A stretch of 64,000 bases of DNA, taken from assembly GCA_028709785.1 (NCBI GenBank), contig JAQUTK010000010.1, positions 29,467 through 93,466 of the forward strand, read 5' to 3'. The position numbers and the translations under genes are program-made. This document shows positions 1 to 11,100 of this stretch, in pieces (position 1 is the first letter of the stretch; each line of letters begins with the position of its first letter). The stretch comes from Bacteroidales bacterium (lineage in GTDB: Bacteria > Bacteroidota > Bacteroidia > Bacteroidales > JAQUTK01). The notes beneath the pieces are model-generated. The model was not told where the DNA came from, made no database searches, and saw only the letters and a program-made list of their open reading frames with translations.

Positions 1-1398
1 ATCACCTGCAACTCAGTCACCCCGCTCACAGTCAATGAGGAGTGTTTCAAAAATTCAGATTCTTATCTTTGTATTCTCTTTGTTCCCAATGGAGCCAAAC
101 CTGCCTATAAAGTCGCTCCTGTGTGGAGTGGTTTTCTCAATATCCTTGAAGAGGGTACTGCCACCGCGTATGAGGTGACTCTTCAAAAGGCCGGCGAACT
201 TAGTTATGCGATTGGATGGGATGAATACGCTGACGTGTACAAACTCTCCCTCTCCGGACCGATTAATGCGGAGGATGTTTATACCTTTAGAAATAAGTTT
301 CCTGCCCTCCGGATACTGGATCTGCGCAATGCTACGATCGTTTCGGGAGGAGGCAGCTATTATGAAACAGCGGGTACGACCGATAATGAGATCGGTGACT
401 TTATGTTTAGCAAGATGGCTCTGCAATCGTTGATCCTTCCTGAAAATAGTATCTCTATCGGTAAACAGGCTTTTTCCGGCTGTATGGAACTTGCCGCTTT
501 GACTATCCCTGAAGGAGTGATCTCCATCGGCGAACGTGCGTTTGAGGGATGCAGAAGGTTGGCAACCATTACCATCCCATCGACTGTCACTACGATAGCA
601 AAAGATGCCTTTCAGCTGTGTGATGCATTGTGCAGTTACATTGTGGCGGACAATCAGGAGATATTCTCGACAATCGACGGGATTCTCTTTTCTGCTAATC
701 TCGATACACTTGTGGCCTATCCGCAAGGCAGAACCTCAGCGTATACTATTCCCGATGGAGTAAAAGTGATCGGCGATTATGCTTTTGCCGCCTGCAAATA
801 TCTTCCTTCTGTCGTTATCGCAGAGACCGTTACTGCGATCGGCGACTATGCCTTTGCCTGTTGCACCAAACTGTCTGCGCTGACGATTCCGGAGGGTGTG
901 CTTACTATTGGTGCAGGTGCGTTTCAGTGCAGCGGACTAGCCACCGTATCGATACCCTCGACGGTGGTATCCATTGGAATGTATGCTTTTGCCTGGTGCA
1001 GCAATCTGACGACTATTCATGCGCTTAATGCGACACCGCCTGAGATCGGTGTCGATGGATTTAGCAGTGTCGATAAGTTTGGTTGTACCGTATTTGTGCC
1101 TGAGGGTTCGATGAAAGCCTATGAAATGGCCAACAAATGGAGAGATTTTAAGGATATCATGGAGATCGCGCTGACAGAGACGGAGGCAATCGTTGATATG
1201 CCGCTGGTACTCTCTACGGAAAGAGGTGCAGTCGTTGTGAAAGGTGTGGTGGCAGGTAGTAAGATCACGGTCTGTAACCTGCAGGGAACAGAGCTGCGGA
1301 GCGTTTACTCCGACGGCGATGAACAGCGTATCGAACTTCCTTCCGGATCGATCTACATCGTCAGAGCCGGGAATCAATGGACGAAAGTAGCGCTGTAA
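1..1398 (+). CDS. BspA-type leucine-rich-repeat surface protein, 5' end outside the window, T9SS-like C-terminal domain
   Basis: The frame of ORF 121..1398 stays open back to nt 1. The body is tandem ~23-25 aa repeats (IPEGV.SIG..AF..C..L..ITIPSTV..I). The last ~75 aa (KITVCNLQGTELRSVY...IYIVRAGNQWTKVAL) resemble a type IX secretion sorting domain. Confidence 0.75.
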   Translation: MTCNSVTPLTVNEECFKNSDSYLCILFVPNGAKPAYKVAPVWSGFLNILEEGTATAYEVTLQKAGELSYAIGWDEYADVYKLSLSGPINAEDVYTFRNKFPALRILDLRNATIVSGGGSYYETAGTTDNEIGDFMFSKMALQSLILPENSISIGKQAFSGCMELAALTIPEGVISIGERAFEGCRRLATITIPSTVTTIAKDAFQLCDALCSYIVADNQEIFSTIDGILFSANLDTLVAYPQGRTSAYTIPDGVKVIGDYAFAACKYLPSVVIAETVTAIGDYAFACCTKLSALTIPEGVLTIGAGAFQCSGLATVSIPSTVVSIGMYAFAWCSNLTTIHALNATPPEIGVDGFSSVDKFGCTVFVPEGSMKAYEMANKWRDFKDIMEIALTETEAIVDMPLVLSTERGAVVVKGVVAGSKITVCNLQGTELRSVYSDGDEQRIELPSGSIYIVRAGNQWTKVAL

Positions 1399-1478
1399 GG
1401 AAGTGGTGTTGATTTAGAAGCGAACAGCTTTATACGGGAATGATTAAAATGAATCGTTTAGTGTGATAATAAAAGAGC

Positions 1479-2924
1479 ATGGTTATGAGCAATGAGCATC
1501 CACAATGTGACAGAGAACCGGCCGTGTCGGGACAGTTTTATCCTCGCAATCCGGAAAAACTTCAGGAAGAGCTGCAAGAACTTTTTGCCGCAGCGATTCC
1601 CCGACAGAGAGAGCGTCTCCGTGCAATTATTTCCCCTCATGCGGGATATCAATTTTCAGGCGAAGTGGCCGCCTCCGCTTTCAATCAGATAGATACCAGT
1701 GTGGCCTGTGAGCGGGTCTTTGTGATCGGATCATCGCATCAGGTACGTTTTGAAGGAGCTTCCGTATATTGTGACGGAGACTTCCTGATGCCTTACGGCA
1801 AAGAAAAGGTAGACTGTGAGTTTGGAAATGCACTGGTGAATAATCATCCCGATCTGTTTAGCAAAGACATCTATCCGCACAGGGGTGAACATACCATTGA
1901 AGTGCAACTTCCGTTTCTGCATCATGTGCTCAAAGGGAAATACAAGATTGTTCCCATCCTGTTGGGATGCGTGCTGCCGACTCAATGCAAACGTATTGCC
2001 ACCGTATTAAAGCCCTGGCTAAAGGAAGGCAACCTCTTTGTGATCAGTTCGGACTTTTCCCATTACCCGAATTATGAAGATGCGATGACTCTTGATGCCA
2101 TTACAGCAGAGGCCATTCTTTCCAACAATCCCGAACAACTCATAACCACGCTTAAAGAGAATACGTACAGAAAAATCCCACAATTATATACCAGTTTATG
2201 TGGGTGGACATCGGTGCTTACACTTATGTATATGACCGTGCACGAAGATAGCTATCAGTACTGGCCGATTCAATATAAGAATTCAGGAGATGTGGCTGTG
2301 TATGGCGATCAGGAAAGAGTGGTCGGCTACTATTCCATTGCCGTGACGGAAAAGAAGAATAGTGAACCTGACTTTTATCTTTCAGATCGCGAGAAAGAGC
2401 TGTTGCTTGAGGAGGCCCGGTATACCATCGAAGGTCTTTTTGAACCTGCCGGTCAGAAGCGCTTGAAGCCACTCGAATGTTCCGGCGGACTCTTAGCCAA
2501 GTGTGGGGCGTTTGTAACCTTACGTCATAACGGACGTCTTCGTGGGTGCTGTGGAATGATGATGAGCGACAAACCATTAATTCAGACGATTCAGGATATG
2601 GCTGTATCTTCTGCCAAGCATGATTACCGTTTTCCGCCACTTTCCGCGCATGAACTGTCTGATCTGGATCTGGAGATCTCTGTCTTGTCTCCCTTGTACA
2701 AGATCAGCGACATCTCTGAGATCGAGTTGGGAGTTCATGGGATTTATATCGAACAGGATGCTGCCAGCGGAGTCTTCCTGCCTCAGGTAGCCATTGAGAC
2801 CGGATGGGATAAAAAGAATTTCCTCGGACACTGTGCACGTGACAAAGCCGGTATCGGATGGGAGGGATGGAAGAATGCGGATATCTATATCTTCACAGCG
2901 ACCATCTTTTCGGAAAAGGAGTAG
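1479..2924 (+). CDS. AmmeMemoRadiSam system fusion protein: Memo-like (protein B) N-terminal half plus AMMECR1 (protein A) C-terminal half
   Basis: The N-terminal part carries PAVSGQFYP and ISPHAGYQFSG, followed by ISSDFSHY (Memo/dioxygenase-like signatures). The C-terminal part carries CGAFVTLRHNGRLRGCCG and GVFLPQV (AMMECR1 signatures). It is a single 481-aa ORF. Confidence 0.8.
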   Translation: MVMSNEHPQCDREPAVSGQFYPRNPEKLQEELQELFAAAIPRQRERLRAIISPHAGYQFSGEVAASAFNQIDTSVACERVFVIGSSHQVRFEGASVYCDGDFLMPYGKEKVDCEFGNALVNNHPDLFSKDIYPHRGEHTIEVQLPFLHHVLKGKYKIVPILLGCVLPTQCKRIATVLKPWLKEGNLFVISSDFSHYPNYEDAMTLDAITAEAILSNNPEQLITTLKENTYRKIPQLYTSLCGWTSVLTLMYMTVHEDSYQYWPIQYKNSGDVAVYGDQERVVGYYSIAVTEKKNSEPDFYLSDREKELLLEEARYTIEGLFEPAGQKRLKPLECSGGLLAKCGAFVTLRHNGRLRGCCGMMMSDKPLIQTIQDMAVSSAKHDYRFPPLSAHELSDLDLEISVLSPLYKISDISEIELGVHGIYIEQDAASGVFLPQVAIETGWDKKNFLGHCARDKAGIGWEGWKNADIYIFTATIFSEKE

Positions 2925-2930
2925 CGGAGC

Positions 2931-3962
2931 TTATTTCCAGACCCCTGCCACCGGTTCGCCGCAAAAGCCGCAGACCCCTTCTGTCACATGGTTTTCAACG
3001 ATTTTGTAGCCGTTGCGCACCATTATCCTTCGGTTGCAGCGGGTGCAATTCGTATGTTCATAGCCCAGATCAGGCATGTTGCCGATGTAGACATAACTGA
3101 TCCCCGCTTTCTTTGCTGTTTTTCTGGCTTCGATCAACGAGAGCTTTGGAGTGGGAGGTACCGACGACAATTTGTAAGACGGATAGAACCGGCTGAAGTG
3201 AAGCGGTGTATCCTTAAAGCCATTATCGACCAGCCAAAGGCACATGGATTCGATCATTTCCATCGCATCGGTATATCCGGGAATGATCAGACAAGTGATT
3301 TCGAGCCATACTCCCTGATTCTTCAGCGTTTTCAGAGTTTGGAGCACAGGCTGTAGTGTGCCACCGCACAACGAACGATAGATGCCATCGTCAAAACATT
3401 TCAGATCGATATTGGCGGCATCCAGCGAGGGACAAAGATCGAGCAGGGGCTGTTGGTTGATATATCCGTTGGAGATGAGTACCGTTTTCACCCCCTTCTT
3501 GTGGGCGTATTGCGCAATGTCAAACATATACTCGTAATACACGGTCGGTTCGGTGTACGTGAAGGCAATCAGTTTGCAGCGGTGTCCAATGGCTTGTTGC
3601 ACTACATCTACAGGCATCAGATCGTACCGGTTCATCATCTGCGGCGACACTTGTGAAATCTCATGGTTCTGACAGTTGAGGCAGTGAAAGTTGCATCCCG
3701 GAGTGGCTAGCGAAAAGATGGGTTCACCCGGTAGATAATGAAACAGTGGTTTCTTTTCGATCGGATCGATGCTCACCGAACACGGATTGCCGTAAGCCGT
3801 ACTGTAAAGCACTCCTTGATTATTTACCCTTGTCTTGCAAATCCCCGTCATTCCGTCGCGTATCGTGCAGTTGTGCGGACAGAGATGGCAGTGTACGATA
3901 TTTCCTTTCTCTGCTTCCTGATACAGCGAAAGCTTATGCCATTTTCCCGGATTCATAATCAT
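2931..3962 (-). CDS. AmmeMemoRadiSam system radical SAM enzyme (AmrS-like)
   Basis: CxxxCxxC radical SAM motif in PGCNFHCLNCQN, plus an N-terminal Cys cluster CHLCPHNCTIRDGMTGICKTR. It converges on the Memo-AMMECR1 gene. The likely start is Met 3962 or 3956; the ORF-track start at 4025 adds a non-conserved leader. Confidence 0.8.
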   Translation of the reverse strand: MIMNPGKWHKLSLYQEAEKGNIVHCHLCPHNCTIRDGMTGICKTRVNNQGVLYSTAYGNPCSVSIDPIEKKPLFHYLPGEPIFSLATPGCNFHCLNCQNHEISQVSPQMMNRYDLMPVDVVQQAIGHRCKLIAFTYTEPTVYYEYMFDIAQYAHKKGVKTVLISNGYINQQPLLDLCPSLDAANIDLKCFDDGIYRSLCGGTLQPVLQTLKTLKNQGVWLEITCLIIPGYTDAMEMIESMCLWLVDNGFKDTPLHFSRFYPSYKLSSVPPTPKLSLIEARKTAKKAGISYVYIGNMPDLGYEHTNCTRCNRRIMVRNGYKIVENHVTEGVCGFCGEPVAGVWK

Positions 3963-4178
3963 ATCAATTAGGTTAAACACAAATCTTCTGAGATGAGTAC
4001 CCGTTCTTGCGATACAAATATACATAACATTTATGATAACGCATTGATTATCATAATAAATTGCTGATATTCGAAGAGCAGATCCATTCTAAGAGCTACC
4101 CGCTAACCGTACAGAAAAGATTTTAGGCAATACTCATTTTTTAGGAGAGTACCAGGTTTAGATCTCATTTTTATTGCT

Positions 4179-4186
4179 TATTTTTG
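4179..4186 (+). promoter_or_regulatory. candidate Bacteroidetes -7 promoter box (TAnnTTTG)
   Basis: TATTTTTG lies 25 nt upstream of ATG 4211 in an AT-rich intergenic region. Confidence 0.35.
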
Positions 4187-4210
4187 TAGAAATCTAAAAT
4201 ATTGAAAAGC

Positions 4211-5533
4211 ATGAGAAAAATTTTTTGTTCGCAATGGATGAATCAAATCAGAGTTCTGTCTCTTTCAGCCTTGTGTCTTACCGGACTGGTAAGTTGTGAT
4301 AACGATGATGAAGTAAAAGGGGGTGATGATGAAAAAATTGTGCTCACGATGGCAAGCTGGCGTGTTGAAGACGTTGCTCAGATGAACCGTATCAATGCCC
4401 TTTTTACCCAAAAGCACCCGAATATAACCATTCAGTTTGAGGCGGTTGTTCCAGAAGTGTTTGACAGTGTCAATCTAAGTAAGTTTGCTGAAGGCAAAGG
4501 TGCCGATATCGTCTTTCTTCGTTCGTATGATAAAGGAAGTGCACTCTACGATCGGGGCTATCTCTGTGACCTGACCAATGTAATCCCTAACCTGGATGCC
4601 TACAATCCAACCTATGTAGATGCATGGTCCTCGGACAATGGTGTTACCTACGGAGTACCTTCGGTTGGAGTTACGCAAGGTATTTACTACAACAAGGCTA
4701 TCTTTGCGCAATACAATCTGACCGAACCGACCACATGGGATCAGTTGATGACGATCTGCGAAACACTCCGTACTGCGGGTGTCACACCTTTTGCACAGGG
4801 AGGCGCTGATACCTGGACACTTTACGAAAATATCTATTCCGGTCTGGGTGCCAATTTCTACGGAGGTGAGCTTGGCAGACAAGCGCTCATGGAAGGCACA
4901 GAAACGGTGACAAATACCGATTTTGTGGATGCCTTCGTTATGCTGGATAATTTGACAATCTATTTCCCGGACAATTTCATCGACATGGGATATGAAGATT
5001 TGCGCGCTCAGTTTGCAGAAGGCGATTACGCGATGTTGATCAGCGGATCCTGGGAGATCGCTGTTTTGGAACAAATGGGAGCCGATACCACAAAGATTGG
5101 CTGGTTTCCCGCACCGGTTAAGGAGGAAGGAGACAAACTTCAGTACTGCTATCACGTAGATGCAGGTATCGGAGTCAATAAAAACACCAAGCATATGCAG
5201 GCTGCCCTTGAGTATATCAAATGGGTATCTGGCACAGAATATGCGGAGAATATAATGAAAGAGCTTCCGGGTTTCTTCTCTTACACACCGGGTGTGACAG
5301 TAACACCAACTCATCCGCTGGCAAAGGAAATGTATGCTCTGATTGCAACATCTGATCTTACTGTCCGTACGATGTGTCAGGATCTGAGCACATCAACAGG
5401 CTCGGGTGACGCATTGATGGGAGCGGTGCTACGCGATATGCTGAAAGGTACCTATACGCCTCAGCAAGCAGCCAATTATGTGGAGAGTCAGTTGGAGACA
5501 AGACTTCAGCTCTCACCTTACGCATTAAAGTAA
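4211..5533 (+). CDS. family-1 extracellular solute-binding protein (sugar ABC-type SBP), lipoprotein
   Basis: Lipobox LTGLVSC follows a signal peptide. The length (~440 aa) and the motifs DIVFLRSYD, GVPSVGVTQGIYYNK and LISGSWE are typical of the SBP_bac_1 family. ATG 4211 is preferred over TTG 4202. Confidence 0.7.
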   Translation: MRKIFCSQWMNQIRVLSLSALCLTGLVSCDNDDEVKGGDDEKIVLTMASWRVEDVAQMNRINALFTQKHPNITIQFEAVVPEVFDSVNLSKFAEGKGADIVFLRSYDKGSALYDRGYLCDLTNVIPNLDAYNPTYVDAWSSDNGVTYGVPSVGVTQGIYYNKAIFAQYNLTEPTTWDQLMTICETLRTAGVTPFAQGGADTWTLYENIYSGLGANFYGGELGRQALMEGTETVTNTDFVDAFVMLDNLTIYFPDNFIDMGYEDLRAQFAEGDYAMLISGSWEIAVLEQMGADTTKIGWFPAPVKEEGDKLQYCYHVDAGIGVNKNTKHMQAALEYIKWVSGTEYAENIMKELPGFFSYTPGVTVTPTHPLAKEMYALIATSDLTVRTMCQDLSTSTGSGDALMGAVLRDMLKGTYTPQQAANYVESQLETRLQLSPYALK

Positions 5534-5546
5534 TCTGTTAAATTGC

Positions 5547-5585
5547 AATGGCGGTAAAGAGGGTCTTATTCTCTTTACCGCCATT
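5547..5585. terminator. 15-bp perfect hairpin between convergent genes
   Basis: AATGGCGGTAAAGAG (5547-5561) pairs with CTCTTTACCGCCATT (5571-5585) across a 9-nt loop. It sits between the SBP stop and the CDGSH gene stop. Confidence 0.5.
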
Positions 5586-5614
5586 TGTATGTCCGGATAC
5601 GAACAGACTGTCAG

Positions 5615-5851
5615 TTACAGTTTCGTGTGTTCGCCATCGCAATACGGTGGATTTTTTGTGCGTTTGCATCCACATAAGAATGCTTTACCAGATTTCTCAG
5701 CTTTGAAAGCCAACGGAGTAAATTCCGTTCCATGGTGAGAACCATCGCAAAACGGCTGACCTTTACTTCTTCCACAACTACACCAATGATACTCCTTACC
5801 GGCTTCCAGTTCAACGGCAAAAGGACCTTTCTTTGCAATTTCCGCTTCCAT
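5615..5851 (-). CDS. CDGSH-type iron-sulfur domain protein (two CDGSH motifs)
   Basis: [16 protein letters not shown] and [16 protein letters not shown] in a 78-aa protein. Confidence 0.85.
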   Translation of the reverse strand: MEAEIAKKGPFAVELEAGKEYHWCSCGRSKGQPFCDGSHHGTEFTPLAFKAEKSGKAFLCGCKRTKNPPYCDGEHTKL

Positions 5852-6023
5852 AATTGATGATTTTAAAATGTGATCTCAATAACTTTATCTCTACGTTTGC
5901 AGGGATCCAACCAGCAGACCTGATTGGATTCGAAAGTTAGAAAAGAAATTCCAAATAAGCACATTTGTTTCGACTTATTTCAAAAGATACAGATTTTCCC
6001 GTCTCTCTGGATGGAACTACTCT

Positions 6024-8129
6024 TTAAAATGATGGAACGAAGTTTTCGGCACGAACCGTCCAGTTCCCGTCCTTCGGAAAGCCGGGAGTCGGGCCTGTCG
6101 AACCATCCCATCCGCCTGCCATCATCGCAATGGCGGAGAGTAAGGCACCATTGGAGGGGAAATAGGGGAATGGTCCGCCGGTAGCCAGACCATGTTCGTC
6201 AAACTGAAAACCTCCGGAAGGATGCAACAGGAAATGAATCGCATCCTCTTGTTTGCCGCATCGTGCAGCCGCCATGGCCAGCATTGGGAAATCCCATCCC
6301 CAGGTGCGGTCAAAGTTCCATGTGGCAGTCACTTTATCCAATGTGCGGGCAAAGACCTCCTTGTCCACACCATCACCTGGCAACATCCCATACGCACCGG
6401 TCAGTCCCGGATGCTCAAAGGTGAAGTCCGTCCACATATTTCGGATTCCTTCATGCGTCACATAAAGTCCATCCTCCACAGGAAGAGGAGCGAGCTTCTC
6501 CAGCACTTCTTCCCATTTCTTCTCTTCAGGAAGAGATAAAAGCTTCCGCCATTCCTGTGCTACACGCAATCCATAGCGCCAATACCCCAGTTCGAAGGTC
6601 GGATTGGATGTGGTCTCCGGCTTTGTGTTTTCAGATACAATAGTAATAGGAGGACCTAATACATACCGCTCTTTCGATGGATCATAAAAAGCGAAATCAG
6701 CCATGAAATCAGCCGTCGCAAAGACGATATCCTTCCATTTCTCCAGTGTCTTTTGCGTGGGATGAAGTCTGTAATCCAGCGCGGCAAAAAAGATCGGATG
6801 AGGTTGTTGCCAGATCAGTGTGGCATGTGTGATATGAGGCCACTCCCGATCGAAATCAGCCGTACACTTTGGCCATCGGGCACCTTGGTAACCCTGACCG
6901 GCAGCTCTTTGTTTGGAGGTAGGAAGATAATCGGCATACACAGAAAGACTCTTTTCAAGCAGCGGCCAACGGTTCCATAAGGCGTAATGTACCTCATGCC
7001 ACCAGATCATCTCAAAATGGAAGCGGCCAAACCATCCATTATTTTCCAGTCCGCTTTCCTGAGGTGGCAGCGAACCGGCTTCATTCACCTTCATAATATA
7101 TTGCGACAGTACGATTCTTCGTTCCAGTTCCTTCCAGCGCGGATCCTTGCTCTGCGACAGATCAATGGCAGCACCCGATTGCCAGAACGCTTTCCAGCCA
7201 AGGGCACTCTCTTTAAATATCTGGTTGGCAGTCAAGGCAGCGGGAGTTTCTTTTTGAGAGAAAAGAGTGGTGAAGGAGAGCTTATCCGTTGCAACCGGTT
7301 CCAGGTAAAAACGATGCGAGGATCTGGATGCCGGCGCTATCAGTCGGGCAGGTGTATCCCAACGGAGCGAGGTGTAATAGCGGGTATCATCCATCTCGCG
7401 AGCAATTAGCACTGAAGTGGAAGTCTGTTTGGTAACGAGAGAACGATGCTTCTCCGGGGAATTATAAGTGCCCACATAATCCGCAAATTGCCGGTTGTCA
7501 GCGTATGGGAAATCCACAAAAACCGATAATCGTCCCTTTCCGATCAACGCACTTTCTATTGTTACTCCGAGAGCATCCTGCTTTGGATGACAAGCCGTTT
7601 GCACCAACACAGGAACACCCTCCAGTTCGAAGCTACTGGTAATGATTCCTTTCCACAGATCAACCTGCTGTCGGGTGTTAGTCAGATCGCCCGCGACAGC
7701 CTCTGTTCCGTTAGCCTTCAAAAGCCTGAGTCCGATGCGTCCCAGGTTGAAGCGATGCGGATTACCTGCCAGCCAGGCAGACAATTCCGGTTGTTCGTCA
7801 TTGGGCAGATCAAACCCTTTCATTACCCCGTGAACATCCATCGGTGTCTTCTTAAAATCGGCCACCTTCATGCCATTGGGTAGCGGAAAACTGTGCCAGC
7901 TCCATTGCGCCATTGTGTTGAAAGGCACAAAAGATTGCAGACCGGTTATATCCACTCCAAAAGCAAACTCGCCGTTACCCACCTGAGCCGGACTCTTTGC
8001 ATTCGTCTTTGTCGTTATGATCGTATGTCGGCTGACCACTGCTTGCCGGTCGATTGGAGTCTGCTTTGCCGCAGCGACAAACTGCGCGATACAAAAAAGA
8101 CACAGCGCAATCGGAAGTACTCTTTTCAT
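6024..8129 (-). CDS. secreted putative glycoside hydrolase, family not assignable by eye
   Basis: Signal peptide MKRVLPIALCLFCIAQFVAAA from Met 8129. Using that start also removes the overlap with the upstream gene stop at 8134. A Trp/aromatic-rich C-terminal two thirds suggests an alpha/alpha barrel. It appears co-transcribed with the GH78 gene (4-nt gap). Confidence 0.45.
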   Translation of the reverse strand: MKRVLPIALCLFCIAQFVAAAKQTPIDRQAVVSRHTIITTKTNAKSPAQVGNGEFAFGVDITGLQSFVPFNTMAQWSWHSFPLPNGMKVADFKKTPMDVHGVMKGFDLPNDEQPELSAWLAGNPHRFNLGRIGLRLLKANGTEAVAGDLTNTRQQVDLWKGIITSSFELEGVPVLVQTACHPKQDALGVTIESALIGKGRLSVFVDFPYADNRQFADYVGTYNSPEKHRSLVTKQTSTSVLIAREMDDTRYYTSLRWDTPARLIAPASRSSHRFYLEPVATDKLSFTTLFSQKETPAALTANQIFKESALGWKAFWQSGAAIDLSQSKDPRWKELERRIVLSQYIMKVNEAGSLPPQESGLENNGWFGRFHFEMIWWHEVHYALWNRWPLLEKSLSVYADYLPTSKQRAAGQGYQGARWPKCTADFDREWPHITHATLIWQQPHPIFFAALDYRLHPTQKTLEKWKDIVFATADFMADFAFYDPSKERYVLGPPITIVSENTKPETTSNPTFELGYWRYGLRVAQEWRKLLSLPEEKKWEEVLEKLAPLPVEDGLYVTHEGIRNMWTDFTFEHPGLTGAYGMLPGDGVDKEVFARTLDKVTATWNFDRTWGWDFPMLAMAAARCGKQEDAIHFLLHPSGGFQFDEHGLATGGPFPYFPSNGALLSAIAMMAGGWDGSTGPTPGFPKDGNWTVRAENFVPSF

Positions 8130-8133
8130 TCGT

Positions 8134-11100
8134 TTAACGTAGTTTTTTGGGAGAAACACCTTCAAAAGTCATCACAACCGGTTTGATGGTTCCATTAGCA
8201 TCAAACTCCATCTTATCAATACAGGTCACTCTGGAGTTACCGTTTGTCTCGCTCAAAGGTCTGCGGTGATAGACGATATACCACTCATCCGTGCCCGGAA
8301 CTTGTATCACCGAATGGTGACCTGCTCCGGTAGCAATGGTAGCATCCTGTTGAAGAATCAGTCCGATGCGTTTAAACGGGCCGAAAGGAGAGTCCCCGAT
8401 GGCATACGCCACCCGGTAATCCGGTCCGGTCCAACCCCCTTCAGACCACATGAAGTAATACTTGTTATTTCGGCGAAACATGACCGGGCCTTCCACATAA
8501 CCTTCGGGTGTAATCTCTTTAAAAGTCGTGCCATCGGCAAACGGAGTAAACGCCTTGAAATCATTCTGCAATTTAGCGATGTTGCAATGCCGCCATCCGC
8601 CATAGATCATATAATACTGACCATCCACATCCTGAAAGACAAACTGATCAATCGGCTGAGCACCGTTATAAAACTTATCCAACAAAGGTTTACCCAGATA
8701 ATCTTTAAACGGACCTTCCGGCTTGTCCGAAACAGCCACGCCAATACCCCCCACAGAGTTATCATCCTGAATGTCGTTGGCACTGAAAAACAGATAAAAC
8801 TTTTTCTCTTTTTCGATGATAGCAGGTGCCCACATCGCTTTATTCGCCCATTTTACCTGTGCGGTATCAATGATAGAACTATGTTTTGTCCAGGTGACCA
8901 GATCCTTCGAGGAGAAAGCATCCATAAAAACCTGTTTCTCGTACGGAGCCGAATAGGTCGGATAGATCCAGTACTGATTGTTGAAAATCACACCTTCCGG
9001 ATCGGCATACCAACCTTCAAACACCGGATTGCCTGCTTTCTGAGCCAGGAGGTGACTCTCTTTTGCCGGCACATTCAGACCAAACGAGTAAGTTCCCGCT
9101 TTCAGTTCGTATACCGCTTTCCCGTTTTCCCGCTTCACAAAGGTGACCCCTTTCGCTTTGTTGGCAAGTGTCAGACCTTCATAGACCACATCCGATGCTT
9201 TGGACAACGGCAGATAGAGGGTTGCCGTTGTATTAGCCGGTACTGTCGCGGTGTAGGCAAGATTGCCGTCTTTGCGGATTTCCCATGCACTCTTGATATC
9301 GCCGTAGTAGGATTTGAACGTTGCATCCACCGATGTGATCCGTTCCTGACCTTCCGGCAAGGTGGTCCTATTATCCAGATTAGGTTGGAGGATAAAATGT
9401 TTGAAACCAGGAGCCGATTCATCAGCTTCGATGCCTGCCATATAGCGATACATCCATTCTTCCACTGCACCATACGAATAATGATTGAATGAATTCATGC
9501 CCACATCATGAAAACCTTGATCCTTCGTGTAGGAATCCCAACGCTCCCAAATGGTGGTTGCTCCCTGATCGATGCTGTATATCCACGAAGGATTGCTTCT
9601 TTGCAACAACAGATTATAGGCTGTATTTGTCGCACCATATTGACTCAATGTCTGATTCAGGATTCCCGTTCCAACAAACCCGGTACTCAACTTGTTACCA
9701 TTGTCAGCGATTTTCTGAGTCAGATAACTTAATCCTTTCTTCGAAGCAGCTTCTGTAGGGAATAAATCAAGCTTTAATGCCAGCAAATAAGCTGTCTGAG
9801 ACACCTCTTTCAAGGAACCATCCGCATTCACATAGCGTTTTCCAAACTCCGCTTTGATCTTTCCATACAAAGCGGCATATTCATTGCTCTTCACGTCATA
9901 CCGGTCACCCTTTGTCTGACTTAGCACTTTAGACATCTTCGACATCAACTGAGCCGCATAGGCGTAATAACATACGCTGACATAGCGGTTTTCCAGTTTC
10001 TCGTACGAAACCCAGTCGCCATAACTCGTGCCTGCTCCGTTATACAAATATCCATCACCCTTTTGTGCTGCCAGAAAGTCCATGTATTTTTCCATTTCCG
10101 GATAATTCTCTGTAATGATCTCGATGTCATTATACATCAGATAGACATTCCATGGAACAATGATACCGGCTTCCGCCCAGGCACCCTGACCATGACCACC
10201 CCATATCACAGGCGCAGTACTTGGGAAAGCACCATCCTCGCGCTGGCAATCGCGCATGTCACCCATCCATTTGTGGAAGAACGAAGCAACATCGGCATTA
10301 TAAGCCGCAGTCCGGGAGAAGATCTGTGTATCGCCTGTCCATCCCTGACGTTCATCCCGTTGCGGACAATCGGTAGGCACGCTCAGGAAATTACTCCGTT
10401 GTCCCCAGATCACATTGCTATACAACTGGTTAACGATGGCGCTGCTTGTCTTGAATGTGGAACCCTCTTCCGTCGCATTTCCAACCACTTCCGCTGTCAT
10501 GGACTGAATCTCCACATCCTCACTCGCCAACACTTCGCAATATCTGAAACCAAAGAACGTGAGACTCGGATGATAACTCTCCGACCTTTCGCTCCCTTTG
10601 AAAATGTAGTTTATCGTTGCCTTTGCCGAACGGAGATTGGCTGTGTACAAACTTCCCGCCGGACCGTCATTGCCTCTGGCTAAAGCGCCATTGTCATTGA
10701 CCATTTCACCAAAACGAATTTGCATCTTTGTTCCAACAGCCGATTTTGCCGTGAAACGAACCCATCCGGCCATGTTCTGTCCAAAATCATAAATAGCCGT
10801 CTGACCTTTTTTGAGTTGAACCACACCCGGGCCATTGATCACCTTGATGGTGTTGATCGCGCCAAATGTTTGTCCGTTATCCTTCTTTCCCTCATAAACC
10901 GTAATGGTAGCAGGCTTTCTGTTGAGCTCTGTGCGAACTTGAACAGTAGGTCCGACAAAGGCTTTCATTGTTCCTTTGAAATCATCTGACACAGCCGTCT
11001 GAAGCCATTTAGAGTCATCATATCCGGCCGTTTTCCAGTCACTTTCCTTTCTGGCGTCATACGTTTCGCCACTGTAGATATCAGCCATACAGATCGGTCC

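Noticed and set aside
55-726. 223-aa minus-strand ORF
   Set aside because: It is antisense to the leucine-rich-repeat gene. The repeat periodicity is seen only in the plus-strand translation.
2931-3962. Radical SAM enzyme considered as the anaerobic sulfatase maturase for the four Ser-type sulfatases
   Set aside because: It is adjacent to and convergent with a Memo-AMMECR1 fusion, and its N-terminal Cys pattern matches the AmrS type. It is also 40 kb from the sulfatases. Nothing supports an anSME role.
4475-5314. 279-aa minus-strand ORF
   Set aside because: It is antisense to the solute-binding protein gene. It has no motifs, and its composition is typical of a mirror frame.
8266-9492. 408-aa plus-strand ORF
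   Set aside because: It lies entirely antisense to the 1462-aa GH78/GH43 gene, which has unambiguous family motifs. Its translation is Arg/Ile/Phe-rich with no recognisable domain, so it is most likely a shadow ORF.
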